Source: Thermoplasmata archaeon
Lineage (GTDB): Archaea; Thermoplasmatota; Thermoplasmata; Lutacidiplasmatales; UBA184
Direction: 5' to 3'
Length of the DNA: 41,703 bases
NCBI GenBank assembly: GCA_030038885.1
Contig: JASHQY010000010.1
Coordinates: 1 to 41,703 of the forward strand
The notes under the pieces were generated by a model. That model was not told the DNA's origin. It ran no database searches and saw only the letters and a program-made list of their open reading frames with translations. Positions 17,207 to 26,751 of the stretch are shown one piece after another; position 1 is the first letter of the stretch; every line of letters begins with the position of its first letter. Both the position numbers and the translations under genes were made by a program.

Positions 17207-18145
17207 GTGGCCTCGTTCCGACCGATCCCCGACGACCCGGCGACCGCGCTCCAGCTCGCGCGGACCGCGATCCGCTCCCGCAGCGACCCCGAGAGCGAGG
17301 TCGTCCCGTTCCTCTCCGCGGTCGAGCAAGAGATCACCGCCGGGTCGGCCCGCGGGATCCTGCGCGTCCGGGACGGCCGCGCCGTCGGGATCGCGCTCTG
17401 GTCCCCTCCCCAACCGGCCGGCCTCACGGTCGAGGTGCTGTACCTGGCCAGCGGGTGGCAGACGCCGGAGGAGTACCGCCGGTTCTACTCCGAGATCGAG
17501 GAGCGGGTCGGCCCGGTCGCGTTCGCTCCCGGCCGGCTCGCGGGGCTCTCGGAGCTCGCCGAGGACCAGGTGATGGCGGGCCTCGGGTTCTCCCGGTTCT
17601 CCCGGTCGGAGATGCGCTACCCTCCCGACGCGCCGCCCCCGCCCGAACGACCGGCCCCCGGCCTGCGCCGGGCGGAGGCCGCCGACGCGCCCGAGCTCGC
17701 CCGGCTGCATGAGGCGGCCTACCGGGGTCAGCTCGACCGCTACCTCTTCCAGCTGGATCCCGAGCCGCACCGCGACGCGGAGATCCAGGTGCGGGAGATC
17801 CTGGGCGGCCGGTGGGGCGAATGGCTCGCGGGCGCCTCGTTCGTGGTCTCCCCGAGCCGGCCGATCGTCGCGGCGACGCTCGTGGTCCGGGCGCCCTACG
17901 GCCCGCTGATCGCCGACGTGATGGTCGACCCCTCCCGGCAGGGGGAGGGCCTTGGCCGCGCGGTGCTGACCGCGACCGTCCGGGACCTGCGCGCCCGGGG
18001 AGAATCCGTGATCGTCCTCAACGTGACCGACGGCAACGATCGGGCGATCCGCCTCTACGAGCGCACGGGCTTCGTCCGCTCCCTGGGGCCGTCCCACGGA
18101 TGGTACTCGACCGCGCGGGTCCCCGTGGCGCCGTCCCGCGCCTAG
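17207..18145 (+). CDS. GNAT acetyltransferase, probably tandem domain
   Basis: Acetyl-CoA motif VDPSRQGEGLG and LNV..GNDRAIRLYERTGF. Confidence 0.85.
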   Translation: MASFRPIPDDPATALQLARTAIRSRSDPESEVVPFLSAVEQEITAGSARGILRVRDGRAVGIALWSPPQPAGLTVEVLYLASGWQTPEEYRRFYSEIEERVGPVAFAPGRLAGLSELAEDQVMAGLGFSRFSRSEMRYPPDAPPPPERPAPGLRRAEAADAPELARLHEAAYRGQLDRYLFQLDPEPHRDAEIQVREILGGRWGEWLAGASFVVSPSRPIVAATLVVRAPYGPLIADVMVDPSRQGEGLGRAVLTATVRDLRARGESVIVLNVTDGNDRAIRLYERTGFVRSLGPSHGWYSTARVPVAPSRA

Positions 18146-19575
18146 GACGCAGCCGCGCCGGAGGCGGTCTCCGCCTCTCGGGGGTGGAAGCCGAGGCGCC
18201 GGAGCGCGCCGAAGGACGCCACCATCACGACCCCGAGCGCGACGATCGCCCCGCCCGCGGTGAGGTAGGTGCCCTGCACGCCGACCGCGCTCGTGAGCAC
18301 CCCGCCCGTGGTCTGTCCGAACGGCACCAGCGCGTAGCTCCCGACCTCGTCGGCGGAGAAGACCCGGCCCATCATCGCGTCCGGGACCGTCGCCTGCACG
18401 GTCGAGAGGAAGACCGTCATGATCATGCCCGGCATCATCCCGTAGACGAAGATCACCGGCAGCGCGAGCCAGATCGAGTGCACGAGGCCGAGCGCGAACA
18501 GTCCGCCGCCCATCGCGAGCGTGAGCCCGATGATCGACCGGCCCGCGTGGGGCTCGAACCGGAACCGGGAGATCAGCGTGAAGCCGAGCGCGACGCCGAG
18601 GGTCGACGCGGTGACCATCGCCCCGTACCAGATCCCCTGCGTGAGGCCGAGCCAGCTGCCCACGTAGAGCCCGAGCTCGACCAGCGCGACCGCGGAGAGG
18701 AAGTTCGTGAGCAGGGCGGCGACCGTGATCTCGAGCAGCTCGCGGCGGCGGCCGAGGTACGAGAAGCCCTCGAGCGCGTCCCGACCGACCGACCGGCGCG
18801 TCGGGGAGGGCGCCACCGACAGGTCGATGTCGACGAGCAGGAGCTCGACCTGGGTGCCGAAGAAGAGGACGAACGCGACCGCGAGCGCGTCGCCGGCGGG
18901 CGCGACCGTGAGCACGATCCCGACGATCAGGGTCGTCGCGGCGCTCACGATCGCCGCGCTCGTGTAGATGATCCCGTTCGCCCGCCCGAGGTCCCGTCCC
19001 TCGACCAGGCGGGGGATCGATGAGTTGTACGCCGGACGAAAGAGGGTCGCGCTCGCGACGACCGTCGCCCAGCAGGGGTAGAGCAGGGCCACCCACACCG
19101 GCAGGTAGAACCCCGGAGCGAGCGGGAGCGAGATCCGGCCCCCCGGCGCGAGCACCAGGTCGGCGGCCCCGCCCGCCACGCCGGCCAGCGAGACGAGGTT
19201 GACGACCCGCATCAGGAGCCCCCGGTCGTGTCGGTCCGCGAGGGCACCCGAGAAGAACGCGCTGCCGAACGTCGGGAGCGCGGACGACAGTCCGAGCAGC
19301 GTCAGCGCGTAGGCCCCGAACGTCACGCGCTCGCTCGCGGGGTAGGCGAGCGTGATCGCGAACAGGAAGACGACGAGCACCGACGCGGGCCCGGCGAGCT
19401 GCAACGCGCCGGCGCTCAGGAACGCTCGGAACGACGGCCGTTGGAAGAGGTCGGAATACCGGCTCAGAAGGCTCCTCCCACCCGGGAGTGCCGGACGCGG
19501 CTCGTCCGCGATAAGCCTTCCGCGCAGGCGGCGGCCGGGAGGGGGGCCGCATCGAAATGCGCTTGTAGCCGCCAT
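18142..19575 (-). CDS. MFS transporter (H+ antiporter-like); true start probably near 19467
   Basis: About 12 TM; motif A GALADRHDR; PRLV...LGRANG; VPDAMMGRVFS. Confidence 0.85.
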   Translation of the reverse strand: MAATSAFRCGPPPGRRLRGRLIADEPRPALPGGRSLLSRYSDLFQRPSFRAFLSAGALQLAGPASVLVVFLFAITLAYPASERVTFGAYALTLLGLSSALPTFGSAFFSGALADRHDRGLLMRVVNLVSLAGVAGGAADLVLAPGGRISLPLAPGFYLPVWVALLYPCWATVVASATLFRPAYNSSIPRLVEGRDLGRANGIIYTSAAIVSAATTLIVGIVLTVAPAGDALAVAFVLFFGTQVELLLVDIDLSVAPSPTRRSVGRDALEGFSYLGRRRELLEITVAALLTNFLSAVALVELGLYVGSWLGLTQGIWYGAMVTASTLGVALGFTLISRFRFEPHAGRSIIGLTLAMGGGLFALGLVHSIWLALPVIFVYGMMPGMIMTVFLSTVQATVPDAMMGRVFSADEVGSYALVPFGQTTGGVLTSAVGVQGTYLTAGGAIVALGVVMVASFGALRRLGFHPREAETASGAAAS

Positions 19576-19602
19576 CCGTCCGTACGGACCGCGGGGTCGA
19601 TC

Positions 19603-20721
19603 GTGCGCCTAGTCCACCACGACGCGGCGACCGGACGGTTCCGCCTGCGCCTCGAGACCCCGAGCGACCTCTGGCGGATCACCCGGTTCGTCCATCCCGG
19701 GGAGGTCGTCGGCGCGTCGACCACCCGGCGCGACCCCGAGGCCCCGCCCGAGGTCGCCGGTGCCGAGCGGACCCGCCGTCGGGTGTTCCTCTCGGTCCGG
19801 GCCGAGCAGGTCGAGTTCCACGGATTCTCGAAGCACGTCCGGATCACCGGCCCGATCGTCGAGGGACCGTTCGACCTCGGCCGCCACCACACGCTCGATC
19901 TCGGGGAGGGCGACGAGCTCTCGGTCACGAAGCCGAGCCCGTCGGCCGCCGACCGGACGATCCTCGACGAGGGGCTCCACGGGGCGGACGACCCGACGGT
20001 CCTCGTCGCGGCGGTCGACTGGGGGGACTCGTCGCTCGTCCGCCTGCGGGGCCGCGCGATCCTGCCGGTCGCGGACGTGCGCCGCACGATCGCGGGCAAG
20101 CAGTTCGAGCGGGGCCAGAGCGAGAAGGACCGCGCGACGTACCGGGACGAGCTCGTCGCGCTCCTCCGGCGGGAGGGCTCGGGCGCGACCGCGGTCGTGA
20201 TCGTCGGCCCCGGCTTCCTCAAGGAGGAGCTCCAGCGGCGGATCGCCGAGGTCGATCCGGCGCTCCACCGGAAGGTGAAGGTCTACTCGACCTCGGAGTC
20301 GGGGCGCGCCGGGGTCGACGAGCTCCTGCGCTCGGGTCGGGCGAGCGAGGCGCTGCGCGGGAGCGTCGCGGCCGAGGAAGCCGAGGCCGTCGAGCGGCTC
20401 GTTCGGGGGCTCGCCGGGGGTCGGCGGGCGGCGGTCGGCGCCGCGGAGGTCGCGGAGGCGGTCGGCGCGGGGGCCGTCGAGACCCTGCTCGTGTCCGAGT
20501 CGCTGCTCGGCGACCCGACGGTCGGCCCGGCGCTCGACCGGGCGCGCGCGTCCCGCGTCCGGATCTTCGTCGTCCGCGACGAGGGCGCGGCCGGCCGCCA
20601 GCTCGGCGCGCTCGGCCGGGTGGCGGCGATCCTGCGCTACGACTGGACGAGCGCCGCGCCGGCTACGGGATCGACTGGACCGCCTCGCGGAGGTCCTCGA
20701 AGCGGCGCTTCAGCTCCTTGA
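19603..20721 (+). CDS. pelA: Pelota (aDom34) ribosome rescue factor
   Basis: DLW.., TTRR, RITGPIVEGP..LGRHHTL, GPGFLKE, AVETLLVS, LG.VAAILRY; GTG start at 19603. Confidence 0.9.
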   Translation: MRLVHHDAATGRFRLRLETPSDLWRITRFVHPGEVVGASTTRRDPEAPPEVAGAERTRRRVFLSVRAEQVEFHGFSKHVRITGPIVEGPFDLGRHHTLDLGEGDELSVTKPSPSAADRTILDEGLHGADDPTVLVAAVDWGDSSLVRLRGRAILPVADVRRTIAGKQFERGQSEKDRATYRDELVALLRREGSGATAVVIVGPGFLKEELQRRIAEVDPALHRKVKVYSTSESGRAGVDELLRSGRASEALRGSVAAEEAEAVERLVRGLAGGRRAAVGAAEVAEAVGAGAVETLLVSESLLGDPTVGPALDRARASRVRIFVVRDEGAAGRQLGALGRVAAILRYDWTSAAPATGSTGPPRGGPRSGASAP

Positions 20722-21508
20722 GCGTGAACCGGAGCGCCTCGCGCGGGGAGAGCGAGCCGTCCGTCTCGAAGCGGAGGAAGAACCGCTCGGTGTCGGGCTC
20801 GACCTTGATCGACCCGTGCTCGCAGGTCGCCTCGCACGCGCCGCAGAAGATGCACTTCGGCTCGTCCGTGACCGAGAGCTTCCCGTTCGCGAACTCGAGG
20901 ATGTTCACCGGGCAGGAGCCGGCGGTCCGCTTGAGGCACGCGTCGGAGCAGCCCTCCTTGCGCTGGATCCGGACGTGGGGCCGCGGGTACATCCCGACGG
21001 CGTGCGCGACCTGCCACTTCGCGTGCTCGCGGGCGGTCCCGACGACCGCGGTCGCGTAGGCGAGGAGCGCCTGGCGGGCCCCGAGCCGGACGATCGGCAC
21101 GTCGGGCTCGAGGATCGCGAGCCCGGCGTCCCCGAGCGGCACGACGTCCCGCGCGTAGACCGTGCACGGTCCCTTGCGGTCGACCGAGTACATCACCTGG
21201 CAGTGGGGGCAGCCGGCCCCGCCGCACGAGCACTCCGACTTCTTGCGGAACTCACCCAGGTCGGTCGGGATCGGCAGGAGCCCGAGGCGCAGCGCGACCG
21301 CCTCGTCGAACATGCTCGTCGACGAGTCGTAGTCCTTGCCGCTCGCCTCGTCCCGGATCGGGCCCAGGTGGAACTCGACGTCCTCGATCGCGAGCTTCGG
21401 CACGTCGGCGAGCAGCGTGCGCCGGATCGCGTTGACCTGCGAGGCGGTCGGGCCCTCGAACTCGAGGAGCGTCGAGCGGGGCTTCAGCTCCTGGATCGTC
21501 ACCGGCAT
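20663..21508 (-). CDS. rpoD: RNA polymerase subunit D (Rpo3) with Fe-S domain
   Basis: NAIRRTLLADVPKLAIEDV, S.MFDE..ALRLGLLP, AREHAKWQ, CIFCGACEATC, FETDGSL. Confidence 0.95.
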   Translation of the reverse strand: MPVTIQELKPRSTLLEFEGPTASQVNAIRRTLLADVPKLAIEDVEFHLGPIRDEASGKDYDSSTSMFDEAVALRLGLLPIPTDLGEFRKKSECSCGGAGCPHCQVMYSVDRKGPCTVYARDVVPLGDAGLAILEPDVPIVRLGARQALLAYATAVVGTAREHAKWQVAHAVGMYPRPHVRIQRKEGCSDACLKRTAGSCPVNILEFANGKLSVTDEPKCIFCGACEATCEHGSIKVEPDTERFFLRFETDGSLSPREALRFTLKELKRRFEDLREAVQSIP

Positions 21509-21512
21509 CGCG

Positions 21513-21896
21513 CTACACGCGCCGGCCGCGGCGCCCTCCCTTCGGCTTGGTCCCGTCGTGCGGGACCGGCGTGACATCCTCGATGCGCTGGATCTTGACG
21601 CCCGCGCGCGCGAGCGCGCGGATCGCGGCCTGGGCGCCCGGGCCGGGCGAACGCGAGCGGTTGCCGCCGGGAGCCCGCACGCGCACGTGCAGGGTGTCGT
21701 AGCCCTTCTCCTTGATCAGCGCCGCGACCTGGTCGGCGGCCTTCATCGCGGCGTAGGGGCTCGACTCGTCCCGGGCGGCCTTGACGACCATCCCGCCGGT
21801 CGCCTTGGCGAGCGTCTCGGCGCCGGTGACGTCGGTGACCGTGATGTGGATGTTGTTGTAGCTCGCGAAGATGTGCGCGATCCCGATCTTCGTCAT
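21513..21896 (-). CDS. rps11: 30S ribosomal protein uS11
   Basis: [46 protein letters not shown]. Confidence 0.97.
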   Translation of the reverse strand: MTKIGIAHIFASYNNIHITVTDVTGAETLAKATGGMVVKAARDESSPYAAMKAADQVAALIKEKGYDTLHVRVRAPGGNRSRSPGPGAQAAIRALARAGVKIQRIEDVTPVPHDGTKPKGGRRGRRV

Positions 21897-22492
21897 GCCG
21901 GCGGGGCCTCCTCCGGCGGCACCGGGGCCGCTTCGGCCGGCGCGGCCTTCGCCGCGAGCCGCTCGCGCAGGGCGATCCGCATCGGGTGGTCGTCGCTCGC
22001 GAACGGGCTCCCGTTCGCGTAGGCGATCTGCCCCTCCTCGTCCAGCCGCACGAGGTACCCCGGCCGGGTGACGCGGTGCGCTCCGAGCGTGAAGTGCCCC
22101 TGGACGATCCACTTCCGGGCGCTCTCGGCGGTCGGCGCGAGGCTGTGGCCATACACGACCGTCTCGAAGCGGCGGCGCAGGACGTCCTCGGTCGTGAGCG
22201 CGAGGACGTCGTCGAGCGTCGGGGTGCCGACCGAGAGCATGCCGAGGCGCGTCAGCCGGGCCAGGAGGAGGGCGGTCTCCTGCTGCGCCTGGGCCTCGCC
22301 GGTGCGCAGGCGGGCCTGCAGCTCGCGGGTCTGCCCGCGGATGCGGCGCAGGATCGACTGCGCCTTCCACAGCTCTCGCTTGTTCTTGAGGCCGTACTTC
22401 TCGAGGAGCTTCCGCTCCTCGTCCATGCGGGTCGCCTCCCACGGATGCTTCGGCGTGTCGTAGGTGCGCCGGAGGAACTTCGGATCGCCCAT
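21893..22492 (-). CDS. rps4: 30S ribosomal protein uS4
   Basis: [25 protein letters not shown]4 domain AR.WIVQGH. Confidence 0.97.
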   Translation of the reverse strand: MGDPKFLRRTYDTPKHPWEATRMDEERKLLEKYGLKNKRELWKAQSILRRIRGQTRELQARLRTGEAQAQQETALLLARLTRLGMLSVGTPTLDDVLALTTEDVLRRRFETVVYGHSLAPTAESARKWIVQGHFTLGAHRVTRPGYLVRLDEEGQIAYANGSPFASDDHPMRIALRERLAAKAAPAEAAPVPPEEAPPA

Positions 22493-22499
22493 CGCTGTC

Positions 22500-23234
22500 C
22501 TACTCCTTCTTCGCCGGCGGGGCCTTGGCCGCGGGAGCGGGCGCCTCTTCCTTGCCGGCGGCCGCCGCCGCTTCCTTGGCCGCCTTCTTCAGCACGCCGG
22601 CGGCCATGCCGGTCCGCCCGTTCGAGCGGGTCCGCTGTCCGCGGACCTTCTGGCCGCGCTCGTGGCGGACCCCGCGGTAGCTGCGGATCATCTTCAGCTG
22701 GTTCACGTCGTCCCGCCGTCGGGTGTCGAGCTCGGGTCCGACGTAGTGGAGCGTCTCCCCGAGCAGCGGCTCGTGGCGGTGGTTGACCATCCAGTCCGGC
22801 ACCTTCGACGGGATCGACGCGAGGGTCGTTTCGATCAGGTCGACCGTCGGCTCGGGGAGGTTGCCGATCCGCTCGGCCGCCGGCACCGCCGCGAGCTGGC
22901 AGGCCACCTCGGCGAGGCGGAGCCCGACCCCCCGCACCCCGGTGAGCGCGAGCGCCACCGCTCGGGTGCCGTCGAGGTCGGTGTCGGAAACGCGCACGAT
23001 GTAGCGGAAGTTCGGATTGTCGGGGACGTACTTCGGAGCCTTGCCGGCGCCGGGTCCCGGCGCCTTGCCTTTCTTGCCCGCGTCCTTGGCGTCCTTCCCT
23101 TCCTTCGCGTCCCGGCCCTTGCCCCCCTTCTCCTTCTTGGCGGCCTTCTCGGTCGAGGCCTCCGCCCCGGCGTCCGCGGCCGGCGCCGCCGCTTCGTCCT
23201 TCGGTTCCTTGGGGTCCTTCGGCGCGATCTTCAC
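22500..23234 (-). CDS. rps13: 30S ribosomal protein uS13 with long low-complexity N-terminal extension
   Basis: FRYIVRV..TDLDG, LTGVRGVG, IRSYRGVRHERGQKVRGQRTRSNGR; start GTG 23234 or ATC 23228. Confidence 0.93.
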   Translation of the reverse strand: MKIAPKDPKEPKDEAAAPAADAGAEASTEKAAKKEKGGKGRDAKEGKDAKDAGKKGKAPGPGAGKAPKYVPDNPNFRYIVRVSDTDLDGTRAVALALTGVRGVGLRLAEVACQLAAVPAAERIGNLPEPTVDLIETTLASIPSKVPDWMVNHRHEPLLGETLHYVGPELDTRRRDDVNQLKMIRSYRGVRHERGQKVRGQRTRSNGRTGMAAGVLKKAAKEAAAAAGKEEAPAPAAKAPPAKKE

Positions 23235-23332
23235 CTTCTGGGAAGGGGTCCCGGATCGGCGCGGTCGGACGCGAGCCGGAGCCCGCGATTCGACCCCCGC
23301 TCCGAGGGCGGGGCCGCCGAGCAAGCCGTTCC

Positions 23333-23338
23333 TTTTAA
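23333..23338 (-). promoter_or_regulatory. TATA box of the rps13-rps4-rps11-rpoD operon
   Basis: TTAAAA, the only AT-rich patch upstream; overlaps the methyltransferase stop codon. Confidence 0.55.
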
Positions 23339-23970
23339 CGGCTTCGCCGCCGCGCCTCGAGCACCCGGTAGCCGGAGCCCCGTGCGAGCACCTCGACGGG
23401 TCCGGGCCAGTGCGCTTCGAGCCAGTCCTGGTAGAACCGGATCCCGAGGCTGCCCTTGCCGACGAGGACGAACCGGCCCCCGGGCCGGACGTGGTCCGGC
23501 GCCTCGGTGAGGATCCGGAGCACGTGCGCCCGCCCGAGCCGGTACGGCGGGTTGGCCGCGACCACATCGAACGCGTCGGAGGCGATCGGCTCGAAGAACG
23601 CGCCGACCCGCACTTCGGCGTTGAGGAGCCCGTTCCGCTCGACGTTGCCTTCGGCGAGGCGGGCCGCGCGACGGTTGACCTCGGTCAGCACGACGCGCCC
23701 GTCGCGCGCGGCCTTCGCGGCCGCCACGCCGACGGCGCCCCAGCCGCATCCGAGGTCGAGCACGCGGTCGCTGCGACCGATCGTGAGGTTCTCGATCAAG
23801 AGCGCGGTCCCGGGATCGAGCCCCCGGCCGGAGAAGACCCCCTGGTCCACGACGAACGTCAGGAGTTCGCCGCGGTAGAGGAAGCGCAGCAGCCGGGGGT
23901 GCGAGCGGACGCGGGGCCGTTCGGCGAAGTACTGCTCGGAGAGCGCCCGCGCCCCCGCCTCGTCGGCCAT
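23335..23970 (-). CDS. Class I SAM-dependent methyltransferase (RsmC/MTS-like)
   Basis: GVFS..GLDPGT.LL, VLDLGCGWG, NPPY. Confidence 0.88.
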   Translation of the reverse strand: MADEAGARALSEQYFAERPRVRSHPRLLRFLYRGELLTFVVDQGVFSGRGLDPGTALLIENLTIGRSDRVLDLGCGWGAVGVAAAKAARDGRVVLTEVNRRAARLAEGNVERNGLLNAEVRVGAFFEPIASDAFDVVAANPPYRLGRAHVLRILTEAPDHVRPGGRFVLVGKGSLGIRFYQDWLEAHWPGPVEVLARGSGYRVLEARRRSR

Positions 23971-23976
23971 CGGCGG

Positions 23977-25110
23977 CTAGCTCCGGCGATGGAAGAACGA
24001 CTCCCGCCGCGCCGTGGCGGTCGGCGCACCGGCGCCGAGCGCCTCCCGGACGAGCTCCTTCTCCCGCCCCGGCAGGGAGCGGGGGATCTCGACGTGGAGG
24101 GTCACGACGAGGTCGCCGCGGGTCGGCCCGCGGAACCGGGGGAATCCGAGGCCGCGCATGCGGAACTGGGTCTCGGGCTGAGTGCCGGCGGGCACCTTCA
24201 GCTCGGCCTCCCCTTCGATCGTTCGGACCGTCGCGACCCCGCCCAAGAGGGCGGTGACCAGCGGCACGGTCGCCTCGGTGAACGCCTCGGTCCCCTCCCG
24301 TCGGAGATGATCCGAGGGCTCGAAGACCACCTGGACGTACAGGTCGCCGGCCCGCTCCCCGTCCGGTCCGCGCCCCCCATGGCCGGGGACGCGGAGGACC
24401 GCCCCGTCCTCCATCCCGGGAGGGACCGTCACCTCGATCCGCTCGACCGTGCGCTGGCGGCCCGAGCCGTGGCAGGTCGGACACCGCTCGAGGATCTTCT
24501 GGCCGCTCCCGCGGCAGGTCGGGCACTGACCGACCGTGATGAACTGGGTGTAGCCCCGGCTGCGGCTGCGTCGGACCTGGCCCGAACCGCCGCACTCCGG
24601 ACAGACCTCGAGCGCGGTGCCGTGCTTGGCCCCGGTCCCGCGGCAGTCGGAGCACGGACCGACCAGCGGGACCTCGAGCGTCGGACGCGCGCCCTCGACC
24701 GCGGCCCGGAGCGGGAGGCGGACCGCGACCTCGACGTCGCTCCCCCGCGCGGCGCGCCCGACCGGCGCGCCCATGAAGCTGCCGAACAGCTGCTGGAACA
24801 GCGGGTTCGCCCCGAGGAGGTCCTCGAGGTCCCCGGCGTGGGTGAAGTTCTGCCAGGTGAATCCGCCGGGTCCGAAATCGCCCTGCACCGCGTCGAACCC
24901 GCGCTGGTCGTAGCTCTGGCGCTTCTGCTCGTCGGCCAGGACCTCGTAGGCTTCCGAGATCTCCTTGAACTTCGCCTCGGCGGCCTTCGGGTCCTCCTTC
25001 GCCACGTCCGGGTGGTACTGGCGCGCGAGGTGGCGGTACGCCGACTTGATCTCGTCCGGCGTCGCGGTCTTCGGGACCCCGAGCACCTCGTAGTAGTCGC
25101 GCTTGGGCAT
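23977..25110 (-). CDS. dnaJ: Chaperone DnaJ
   Basis: [12 protein letters not shown], four CxxCxGxG repeats, C-terminal GDLYV and PAGTQP. Confidence 0.95.
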   Translation of the reverse strand: MPKRDYYEVLGVPKTATPDEIKSAYRHLARQYHPDVAKEDPKAAEAKFKEISEAYEVLADEQKRQSYDQRGFDAVQGDFGPGGFTWQNFTHAGDLEDLLGANPLFQQLFGSFMGAPVGRAARGSDVEVAVRLPLRAAVEGARPTLEVPLVGPCSDCRGTGAKHGTALEVCPECGGSGQVRRSRSRGYTQFITVGQCPTCRGSGQKILERCPTCHGSGRQRTVERIEVTVPPGMEDGAVLRVPGHGGRGPDGERAGDLYVQVVFEPSDHLRREGTEAFTEATVPLVTALLGGVATVRTIEGEAELKVPAGTQPETQFRMRGLGFPRFRGPTRGDLVVTLHVEIPRSLPGREKELVREALGAGAPTATARRESFFHRRS

Positions 25111-25159
25111 GGTCGGTGAGGGGACGGAACGTCCGTTCCCCCGTCTCCTAGGGACCCGG

Positions 25160-25990
25160 CTATTTACCGTTCCCTGTGCGCGCGGTGCGCGGAGCCCAGC
25201 GGACCGTGACCGCGTCGCCGACGCCGGCCCGCCATCGCCGAGCCGCGACCCCGCGGGCGACCGCGACCTCGAGCGTGCCGAAGCTCGAACCGAGGAGCCC
25301 GGTGCGGCCGCGTCCGAGGGCCTCGTAGCTGGCCACCACCGGCACGCGACGGGCCGGACGGCCGCGGAGCCGAACGTCGGCCGACCGCGCGTCGGAGGGG
25401 AGCCAGCCGGTCGGGACGTTCGTGATGAGGTTGCCGAACCGGTCCTCGTGGAGGATCTCGCCGGAGGCGACCGCGCCGCGGCGGCGAGCCACCGGGATCG
25501 CGTAGCGATGGGCCCGGATCCGGGGCCCGAGCGCGCGGGCCCGCAGGCCCTGCGCGAGCCGGGCGGCCGCCGGGGCGAACAGATCCCGGCCATCGAACGT
25601 GCGTCCGACCCGGGGTCGGGCGCCGAGACGCGCCGGGTCGATCCGGTACGCGATCGGCTGCCCGAGGGCGTCGGCGAGGGGGATCAGGACCCCGTTGTCC
25701 GGGCCGACCAGCGCCGAACCGTCGGCGCAGTCGATCGCGATCGGCGCGCGACGGCCGCCGACGCCCGGGTCGACGACCGCGACGTGGACCGTGCCGGGCG
25801 GGAATCCGATCGCCATCGCGCGGAGGAGGAACGCCGCCTCGCCGATGGCGTGGGCCCGCAGATCGTGGGCCAGGTCGACGACCCGGCCCGGCGGGATGCG
25901 GTGGACGAGGACGGCCTTCATCTGCGCCGCGTACGCGGCGCCGATGTCGCTCGTGAGGGTGACCAGCCGGGGACCGGCCCGCGCCCGCAT
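25160..25990 (-). CDS. SAM hydroxide adenosyltransferase (DUF62, fluorinase/chlorinase family)
   Basis: [42 protein letters not shown]. Confidence 0.9.
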   Translation of the reverse strand: MRARAGPRLVTLTSDIGAAYAAQMKAVLVHRIPPGRVVDLAHDLRAHAIGEAAFLLRAMAIGFPPGTVHVAVVDPGVGGRRAPIAIDCADGSALVGPDNGVLIPLADALGQPIAYRIDPARLGARPRVGRTFDGRDLFAPAAARLAQGLRARALGPRIRAHRYAIPVARRRGAVASGEILHEDRFGNLITNVPTGWLPSDARSADVRLRGRPARRVPVVASYEALGRGRTGLLGSSFGTLEVAVARGVAARRWRAGVGDAVTVRWAPRTARTGNGK

Positions 25991-26027
25991 GGTCGCCGAC
26001 CCGACGGGTCGACCGTGCCCGAGCCGC

Positions 26028-26357
26028 CTACGACTTCATGATCGCGACCAGGAAGATCCCGATCGCGATCAGCGCGCCGATGACCGCCGCGATGATCACG
26101 AGGAACGACTCCCAGAGCAGCGATCCGAGCTGTCCGTGCTGCCCGCCGAGGGCCCCGCTGTGGTAGAAGTATCCCACGAGGATCCCGACGATCAGCCCGA
26201 TGACCAGGAGGGCGACGCCGATCGTTCGGCTCTTTCCGCTGCCGAAGTAGGCCGTGAACACCCCGGCCAGGATCAGGAACAGCCCGAAGACCAGGAGCAG
26301 GATCGTCAGGAACTGCCAGCCAGCGATCGCCACCGTGGACGCTACCAGATCGAACAT
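26028..26357 (-). CDS. Conserved small 3-TM membrane protein
   Basis: Hydrophobic segments around AG.FTAYFGSGKSR.IG. Confidence 0.7.
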   Translation of the reverse strand: MFDLVASTVAIAGWQFLTILLLVFGLFLILAGVFTAYFGSGKSRTIGVALLVIGLIVGILVGYFYHSGALGGQHGQLGSLLWESFLVIIAAVIGALIAIGIFLVAIMKS

Positions 26358-26367
26358 TCTCTTCCCT

Positions 26368-26601
26368 TCAGAACTTGATGCCCGTGAGGGTCTTCGTGTC
26401 GATGACGCCCGGAACCGACCGGATCTTGTCGACGACCAGCTGACCCAGCGCGTTGAAATCCTCGGCCTCCACCTTCGCGATCAGGTCGTATTCACCGAAC
26501 AGCGGGTGGAGCTCGACGATCCCCTTCACTCGGAGGAGCTCCGTGTAGACCTCGTGCTCCTTTGCGGGTGCGGTGCTGATCAGGACGAAGCCGATAGCCA
26601 C
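26368..26601 (-). CDS. Stand-alone Lrp/AsnC ligand-binding (RAM) domain protein
   Basis: GFVLI, LFGEYDLIAKVE, IRSVPGVIDTKTL; no HTH; GTG start at 26601. Confidence 0.85.
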   Translation of the reverse strand: MAIGFVLISTAPAKEHEVYTELLRVKGIVELHPLFGEYDLIAKVEAEDFNALGQLVVDKIRSVPGVIDTKTLTGIKF

Positions 26602-26751
26602 GCTCGAAACCCTCTCGATAGGCCGCGACAACGACCCCCCTTAATAAGCAATGCGATTCGCAGCGGCGCGCCGGGCGCCGCGGTCGAGGGCCGTGCGTCC
26701 AGTCCAGAGATTGTCGCTTAAGTAGGCCCCTCGTAGCGACGGGCTCGAACG

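Noticed and set aside
23240..23320. tRNA upstream of rps13 (GGTCGAATC looks like a T arm)
   Set aside because: It cannot be folded into a cloverleaf; treated as a leader instead
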